Of a stretch of 62,285 bases of DNA, positions 56,583 to 62,285 are shown piece after piece (position 1 is the stretch's first letter; each line of letters starts with the position of its first letter). The DNA comes from a virus (lineage: Duplodnaviria; Caudoviricetes). The stretch lies in IMG/VR virus record IMGVR_UViG_3300022700_000085, positions 1-62,285 of that record; one strand, given 5' to 3'. Under the pieces are notes generated by a model, which worked only from the letters and a program-made list of their open reading frames with translations, was not told the DNA's origin and did not search any database. A program made the position numbers and the translations under genes.

Positions 56583-57126
56583 TATGGATGGTGTTATTAC
56601 TGATTTTGTTATACCAGCTATGGCCAAATGTGAGGCTGAAATCAATGAAGCAGAATATCCGGCAACGTGCAAATGGAATATACTTTCAGCTATAAATCAG
56701 GTTCGTACTGATAGAGGGCTTAAACCAATTGGGAAAAAACGTTTTTGGGATAGCCTAAACTATGATTTTTGGCGTAGATTGAAAATGTACACTGGTGTGA
56801 TGGAATTTATCAGCAAATTAGAGAAAGTAGGTGAAGTGTTCATCGCCACTTCCCCAACACTTTCTTCTGATTGTGTGGCTGCGAAGTATGATTGGATTAT
56901 AGGAAATCTACCTGATTATCGTCGTAAGCTATTTATTTGCACTATGAAGGAACAACTTGCCAGTCCAGAAGCAATTTTGATTGATGATCGAGATCAAAAC
57001 TGTATTAAATTTGACAAATCTGGTGGGCATGGTATACTATTAAATAGGCCGTGGAATCAAGGTGGTTACAGTCTAGATCCTTACCAAGAGGTGCTCAATG
57101 AGATTGATAAAATCAAACAAAAATAA
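56566..57126 (+). CDS. HAD-family 5'(3')-deoxyribonucleotidase
   Basis: IFLDMDGV, ATSP, K..W, LIDD, RPWN. Confidence 0.85.
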   Translation: MKIFLDMDGVITDFVIPAMAKCEAEINEAEYPATCKWNILSAINQVRTDRGLKPIGKKRFWDSLNYDFWRRLKMYTGVMEFISKLEKVGEVFIATSPTLSSDCVAAKYDWIIGNLPDYRRKLFICTMKEQLASPEAILIDDRDQNCIKFDKSGGHGILLNRPWNQGGYSLDPYQEVLNEIDKIKQK

Positions 57127-57589
57127 CTGTGTATATGCATCTGTGGCAATGCTTTTAGGTGTTTCTTTGGATAAAGCATACGAGTTGTTACACAACAAGG
57201 ACGCAAAAATAGGTGAGAAACCTTTCACAGGTATTTATAAAGATTTTGAAGTTGTTCCAGATATGGCAGTAATATGTGATTCACTATGGTCAAAGAAACG
57301 AATAGGTCTTACGCCTTTTTATTTTGATCCTACTTGTTCACCACACCCTAATTGCCAACCTATCTCTACATGGAAAAATCCAAAAGCTAGTTTCAAATTA
57401 CAACTTGGTTTTGGTTCTGGGTTGTTAGAAGGCAAAACTGAGAAATGCGGTCATATGTGTGCATGGGACGGGCAAGTTATTTTTGATCCTCGTGGGCACA
57501 TTTATTCATATGATCTAGCTGAAATTATGAATTTTGAAATCAACCGTTTCTGGTTGAAAGTTGAGGAGGGGTCAACATGCCAGGGATAG
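57098..57589 (+). CDS. Hypothetical protein, possible papain-like/C39 fold
   Basis: NCVYASVAMLL ... GHMCAWD...DP (candidate Cys-His-Asp). Confidence 0.4.
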   Translation: MRLIKSNKNNCVYASVAMLLGVSLDKAYELLHNKDAKIGEKPFTGIYKDFEVVPDMAVICDSLWSKKRIGLTPFYFDPTCSPHPNCQPISTWKNPKASFKLQLGFGSGLLEGKTEKCGHMCAWDGQVIFDPRGHIYSYDLAEIMNFEINRFWLKVEEGSTCQG

Positions 57590-58254
57590 TGAAACTCTTT
57601 TTGAATATGAATAAAAGCAAACCAATACGACACCCGCTATTAAATGATGCAAAAAAGAAGTCAAAACAAGAAATAAACTCAGCAGCTCAACTTAAGTTGT
57701 TGGACCCTGCATCAGATGAGCTTTTTTTTGCTTTACGGTCTTGTGTGAGAAATATTGTGGGGAGGTTTATTTATTATTACCCAGGAACAGAAAACTTTTT
57801 AGATGATATGGTGAGCGAATCTTTTTCTGTTATTTCTGAATTTGTAAGCAAAATCACACTTGACACTATCATAAATTATGATATACTTAATATAGTACAT
57901 AAACGAATAAGAAATAGATTAGAAAACTATCTTAATAAAAATCAACATATAGTGACTTCTAGTATGCGTACCCACCACAACAAATTCAAGAAAGGTGAGG
58001 AAGCAATTTATTATGATAGTTTTGATTTAAGCGGTATTGCTGAACAACCATTAGATGACGGAGACGAATGGAAACGGGATTTACTTGATTCTCTTAATCA
58101 TATAGCTGAGAATCATGTTGATGACTATATATTAAGACAAGAGAATTGGGGCAGAACATATCAGAGTTTAGCTGATGAATTAAAGGTTGGTGTAGGCACC
58201 ATCTGTCGTAGAAAAGCCCTACTATATGATAAATATTTAGAATTGTCGAGGTAA
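57577..58254 (+). CDS. Sigma-factor-like/HTH regulator
   Basis: DDMVSE region 2-like; C-terminal TYQSLADELKVGVGTI.RRK HTH. Confidence 0.5.
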   Translation: MPGIVKLFLNMNKSKPIRHPLLNDAKKKSKQEINSAAQLKLLDPASDELFFALRSCVRNIVGRFIYYYPGTENFLDDMVSESFSVISEFVSKITLDTIINYDILNIVHKRIRNRLENYLNKNQHIVTSSMRTHHNKFKKGEEAIYYDSFDLSGIAEQPLDDGDEWKRDLLDSLNHIAENHVDDYILRQENWGRTYQSLADELKVGVGTICRRKALLYDKYLELSR

Positions 58255-58256
58255 GT

Positions 58257-58736
58257 ATGAAAGCTTTAATGGGGTTTATGTGTGTTGTGTTAACTGTGAT
58301 TTGCGTTGCTCTCACATTTTATGTGTCAGATATGGAATCACATGCTAAACGTTGGCAAAGACGGGTCAAATCAGTTCAACATATCGAGAAAATTAACGAT
58401 GATTTACTTGAAGCTAACATGTATTCTCAAAAATTAATGTGCACTATTAAAATAATGGCTGAAGAAAATGCAGCCATGTGCAAAAGAGAAGCTAAAATGA
58501 CACAGATTGTTAATCAATATAAGGAAGAAAACCGAAGACTTAAGCAGTCTCTTACTGAAGCTGTTAACAATCTTAGGGAGCAGCAACAAGAGTTAAATCA
58601 ACTACACGAGCAATTGGAACGGCTTCAGTATCAAGTAAAAGTACTAGAAAAAGCACTTGAAAACAAAGTCAAAAAAGTTTATAATGTAATGAAAACAACT
58701 AAATCTGTCACTGATGTTCTTTCTGTAATTTTTTAA
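58257..58736 (+). CDS. Membrane-anchored coiled-coil protein
   Basis: N-terminal TM helix followed by heptad repeats. Confidence 0.55.
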   Translation: MKALMGFMCVVLTVICVALTFYVSDMESHAKRWQRRVKSVQHIEKINDDLLEANMYSQKLMCTIKIMAEENAAMCKREAKMTQIVNQYKEENRRLKQSLTEAVNNLREQQQELNQLHEQLERLQYQVKVLEKALENKVKKVYNVMKTTKSVTDVLSVIF

Positions 58737-58745
58737 GAGGTGTTT

Positions 58746-59120
58746 ATGCAATTCCGAAATGTTCCTTCTTTGTCACGTTTGCTCGATACTACGTTAGAAG
58801 TCGATGTTGTTGATGGTCCTGTAACAACAATGGATTATATGCAATCACTTACAGTTTCCATCCCTACTGAAGATTTTATTAAATTGACTGGAGATGAAGT
58901 TGAAAATCTTTACCTTAGACCAATGATTAGAGCTATTGGTAAAGCAATTAACGATATGGGAAACGTGAAAACTACTTACTTACCGATCCCAGAAAATGAG
59001 ATTGCTTTTCGTTGTATGAAAGGTAAAATCCCTGTGCTTATGCGTGTTGTACGCCGACCTGATCCAGATAGACACCAAATCCTTATTCATGCGTTAGTGG
59101 AGCCTGTTAATGCAACATAG
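58746..59120 (+). CDS. Hypothetical protein
   Basis: GAGGTG RBS. Confidence 0.5.
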   Translation: MQFRNVPSLSRLLDTTLEVDVVDGPVTTMDYMQSLTVSIPTEDFIKLTGDEVENLYLRPMIRAIGKAINDMGNVKTTYLPIPENEIAFRCMKGKIPVLMRVVRRPDPDRHQILIHALVEPVNAT

Positions 59121-59391
59121 TAACTTTCGTGGTCACCCTACTATATTCATGAACGGTAAGTGGGTTTATGAAGACACACTTGCACCTCTTCCAGGTTATG
59201 GTGGAGACCCTAAACCAAGACCATGTAAGAAATGTGGTTCAAAACATGAAATGCACGAATCAGACCCATGTTTAGGTGATTTGCCAGGGGTGGACAATGC
59301 TTGTTGTGGTCATGGTGTACGAGAACAAGCATACATACGTTTCACCAATGGTAAAATAGTCAGGGGATTTGAAGTAGAAAATAAAGGTTAA
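59110..59391 (+). CDS. Small Cys-rich phage protein
   Basis: RPC.KCG...DPCLG.LPGV.NACCGHG. Confidence 0.55.
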   Translation: MQHSNFRGHPTIFMNGKWVYEDTLAPLPGYGGDPKPRPCKKCGSKHEMHESDPCLGDLPGVDNACCGHGVREQAYIRFTNGKIVRGFEVENKG

Positions 59392-59394
59392 ATT

Positions 59395-60474
59395 ATGCGA
59401 CGTGAATTTCTTCAACTAGCAAAAACTTACAAGAATCAAAACCCTGCTGGTTGGTATATCAGTGAAAAACTTGATGGAACCCGTTGTTTTTGGGATGGCG
59501 GAATTTCTCGGGGTGTAGAAACTGAGCGTGTTCCTTGGGCTAACACTATCCACCCCAAAACTGGAAAGAAAAAAGATAAAATCCGCCCTGTTTCTACTGG
59601 GTTATGGTCTCGTTATGGCAACCCTATTATGGCACCTGATTGGTGGCTTAATCAACTGCCACAAATGTTCCTAGATGGTGAGTTATACGCAGGGCGACGT
59701 AACTTCCAAGTTCTCCGATCTATTATTTCTAAGGATATTCCAGATGATGAAGGTTGGGACCGAGTTAAATTCGCTGTATTTGGTTCTCCTCCTGCGTCAC
59801 AAATATTCTCCCCTGGTGAAATAAAGAACACCAATTTTCATAAAGATATTGAAATACCTGAAATTAAAGATTTCCTTGCTGCCAGGGAGATCGCGGGTGT
59901 AATGGAAGATTTTCAGTTTAATAATACGTTTGATTTTGAAACCGAATTAAAAATCCTTAATAACAACATTCAAACTGAAGGTGTTTGTTATCTTCATCTC
60001 CATAAAAAGCTTCCAAATGATTATGATTCGGCGAAGAAAATTATGGATACTTACACTGATTTTGTGTTAAGTGAAGGTGGAGAAGGAATCATGTTAAGAA
60101 AACCTGATTCTATATGGCTTCCAAAGCGAACTTCGACAATATTGAAATTTAAACCCTTTTCTGATGATTCTGGGGTTGTTGTCGGTTTCACTTCTGGTCG
60201 GCAAACTAATAAAGGGTCTAAATTGCGTGGTTTAATTGGCGCTGTTGTTCTAGATTATAATGGTAAGCGACTAGAGTTGAGTGGGTTCACGGACGAGGAA
60301 CGTAAGTTTTCTACGGATGAACAAACAAAATTCGCATATGAAAATCCTGGTAAAGATATGCCAAAAACATTCCAAGGAAAACATTTTAAGGTAGGTGATA
60401 AAATTGAATTTCGATATAGGGAGTTAAGTAATGAGGGAATACCGAAAGAAGCCAGATATTTTAGAAAAGTGTAA
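59395..60474 (+). CDS. ATP-dependent DNA ligase
   Basis: SEKLDG motif I, LDGEL, EGIMLR, LKFK, OB-fold C-terminus. Confidence 0.9.
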   Translation: MRREFLQLAKTYKNQNPAGWYISEKLDGTRCFWDGGISRGVETERVPWANTIHPKTGKKKDKIRPVSTGLWSRYGNPIMAPDWWLNQLPQMFLDGELYAGRRNFQVLRSIISKDIPDDEGWDRVKFAVFGSPPASQIFSPGEIKNTNFHKDIEIPEIKDFLAAREIAGVMEDFQFNNTFDFETELKILNNNIQTEGVCYLHLHKKLPNDYDSAKKIMDTYTDFVLSEGGEGIMLRKPDSIWLPKRTSTILKFKPFSDDSGVVVGFTSGRQTNKGSKLRGLIGAVVLDYNGKRLELSGFTDEERKFSTDEQTKFAYENPGKDMPKTFQGKHFKVGDKIEFRYRELSNEGIPKEARYFRKV

Positions 60475-60669
60475 ACCTGTAAAATATGATAAACGTGTTG
60501 AATTTGTATCTCCTTATTATACTGCTATACTGGATATTAATTCAAATTGCTACATTTATTACAAAGGGACATCATTTTTAAGAGCGCAATGGGTTCTTGA
60601 ACAACTCCCACCAGATGTATTCGATGCTCCTGAGATCCCTTTTTCAGTTTTTTATCCAGGGAGGGCGTA

Positions 60670-61008
60670 ATGCATGTTAAAGATAAACGAATTGAACTTG
60701 ACAATTTCAAATATCGTGCTATAATTGAATACTACAGGGATAAACCTAGTAGAGACCGTCACAAACCAGTGCGTAAAATATTTGAAACAATGACAGCAGC
60801 ACAGAAATTTTTAGAAAAATACCCTCGTGATATCTGGGATGGTTTCGCCATCAATGACTATAAATATAGAGAGATAGATGAACGAAAAAATAAAAGAATA
60901 GACAAACCAATTTTTAACAAACCTTTTAATAGAAAAGAAACACATATTGATTGGGTTTATGGAAGAACTCTTGTGCATAAAGGTGTTGCTGCAAAAGATG
61001 CAGACTGA
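60670..61008 (+). CDS. Hypothetical basic protein
   Basis: GGAGG RBS. Confidence 0.5.
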   Translation: MHVKDKRIELDNFKYRAIIEYYRDKPSRDRHKPVRKIFETMTAAQKFLEKYPRDIWDGFAINDYKYREIDERKNKRIDKPIFNKPFNRKETHIDWVYGRTLVHKGVAAKDAD

Positions 61009-61279
61009 TAAATATATTAAAATTCTGATCGCCTGGATTTGGTTGGTTACTGCTATTGATATTTGGTGTTGCCAGTGGCTCACTGTTGAAACCGAATTAA
61101 ATCCTGTTGCCAGGATTATTTATTCAAACTTTGGAATTTGGTCGATGGTGTCAATGAAGGTTGTTGGCACTTATATTGCTACAGAGTGGTTGAGGCACCT
61201 ACCACTTTATTTTTCTATTGTAGTTTCATTAGTAATGTTAACATTGTTGCTGGTGCTAGTAGGAGTGATCCCTGTATGA
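60998..61279 (+). CDS. Multi-pass membrane protein (ELNP motif, DUF5658-like)
   Basis: Hydrophobic helices; D.....ELNP..R. Confidence 0.5.
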   Translation: MQTDKYIKILIAWIWLVTAIDIWCCQWLTVETELNPVARIIYSNFGIWSMVSMKVVGTYIATEWLRHLPLYFSIVVSLVMLTLLLVLVGVIPV

Positions 61280-61956
61280 GTAGAAGGAAGAATGATCGGA
61301 CAAAGAAACCTGCCACTTCTGGTTATAAACCAACAAAACTTGTGGCCCGATCAACTGAACAAAAGAGATATATAAAAGCAATTAAAGAAAACAATATTGT
61401 GTTTGTTCGCGGCCCTGCTGGAAGTGGTAAGACCCACATTGCCGCTGGTGTGGCTTCCTACATGTTAAAAACTAATGCTGTCGAACGTATATGTATTTGT
61501 CGCCCTGTTGTGGGAGTCGGAAAAGACATAGGTTACTTACCAGGAAACATGGAAGAAAAAGTAGGTCCATATCTTACACCTTTGTTTGATGAGCTTTCTT
61601 GCTATATGGAAAGAAGCAAAATTAAGCAACTCATTGCAGAAGGAGGGTTAGAAATTGTTCCTTTAAATATGATGAGAGGGCGAACATTTAATAATAGTTT
61701 TGTTATTTTAGATGAAGCTCAAAACGCATCCTCAACAGAAATCAGGTTGTTTCTTACCCGTGTTGGTGTCAATACTAAGATGGTTCTTTGTGGAGATACA
61801 CTACAATCAGACCTTCCAAAAGACCAACAAGGAGCATTCAAATCAGCAGCTAAAGCACTTGATGGTGTCGAAGGACTTGAAGTAATTAGCTTATCTGCTG
61901 AAGATATTGTGCGTAATCCGATTATTATTGACATTGAATATTATCTGCCGAGGTGA
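61276..61956 (+). CDS. phoH: PhoH-like ATPase
   Basis: GPAGSGKT, GYLPG, MRGRTF, LDEAQN, LTRVG, GD..QSD, IVRNP. Confidence 0.93.
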   Translation: MSRRKNDRTKKPATSGYKPTKLVARSTEQKRYIKAIKENNIVFVRGPAGSGKTHIAAGVASYMLKTNAVERICICRPVVGVGKDIGYLPGNMEEKVGPYLTPLFDELSCYMERSKIKQLIAEGGLEIVPLNMMRGRTFNNSFVILDEAQNASSTEIRLFLTRVGVNTKMVLCGDTLQSDLPKDQQGAFKSAAKALDGVEGLEVISLSAEDIVRNPIIIDIEYYLPR

Positions 61957-62285
61957 AATAGTGGTAAATTCAAGACAAGAAAAAGCTTTTATGGATGTTG
62001 TTATTTTAGATGGGTTATTAGAAGAATCAATTAACTGGATTAGATTAAATATGAATCCAGAAGACGTGTTTCCAGAAGAGGAGTTAGAGTACTGGGCAGA
62101 AAATAATGGATTTGTTAAAGAGGAATAAAAGATGAATAAATTAGATAGACCTTTTAATTTTAAAACTGATAAACCATTAAAAGAATCACACCTTAATTTG
62201 TTTCGTTATCTGCGTGATCAACCAGACAGCGGACCTATTAAAAAGAAATTTCTTGTTCTTTGCACACCTCGGTGTGGTTCTACAT

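Noticed and set aside
1595-61934. Many short antisense or alternate-frame ORFs in the track (e.g. 2600..2923, 10326..10715, 54155..54523)
   Set aside because: Fully nested in well-supported genes, without RBS or motifs; shadow ORFs
1-62285. tRNA/rRNA genes, integrase, stop-codon reassignment
   Set aside because: No cloverleaf or rRNA-like segment noticed, no recombinase motifs, and genes are intact and tightly packed under the standard code

Overview
A ~62 kb segment of a tailed dsDNA phage genome (probably siphovirus-like, given the tape measure and tail tube genes). No integrase or host genes are visible. The left arm (+ strand, 1-27.7 kb) holds packaging and virion genes: terminase, portal, scaffold, a P22-coat-like major capsid protein, tail tube, tape measure and tail tip. 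A short minus-strand block encodes a DEDDh exonuclease, a DUF5664-type dNTP diphosphohydrolase and an intein-containing primase-helicase. A ~0.9 kb repeat-rich non-coding region follows (likely origin with divergent promoters). The right arm encodes ParB-like, SSB-like, ADP-ribosyltransferase, SNF2 helicase (intein), sugar C-methyltransferase, HMW1C-like N-glycosyltransferase, family A polymerase, a beta-propeller fibre cassette, ligase and PhoH. Main highlights: (1) the capsid gene is split by two related group I introns around a 55-nt exon, and each intron's two-domain EndoVII-like ORF reads in frame straight through the ribozyme core; (2) a solo TnpB whose predicted guide matches a synonymously recoded duplicate of the neighbouring gene end, suggesting RNA-guided intronless homing; (3) a possible virion N-glycosylation system. 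All calls come from manual motif reading and base pairing; no database searches were run.
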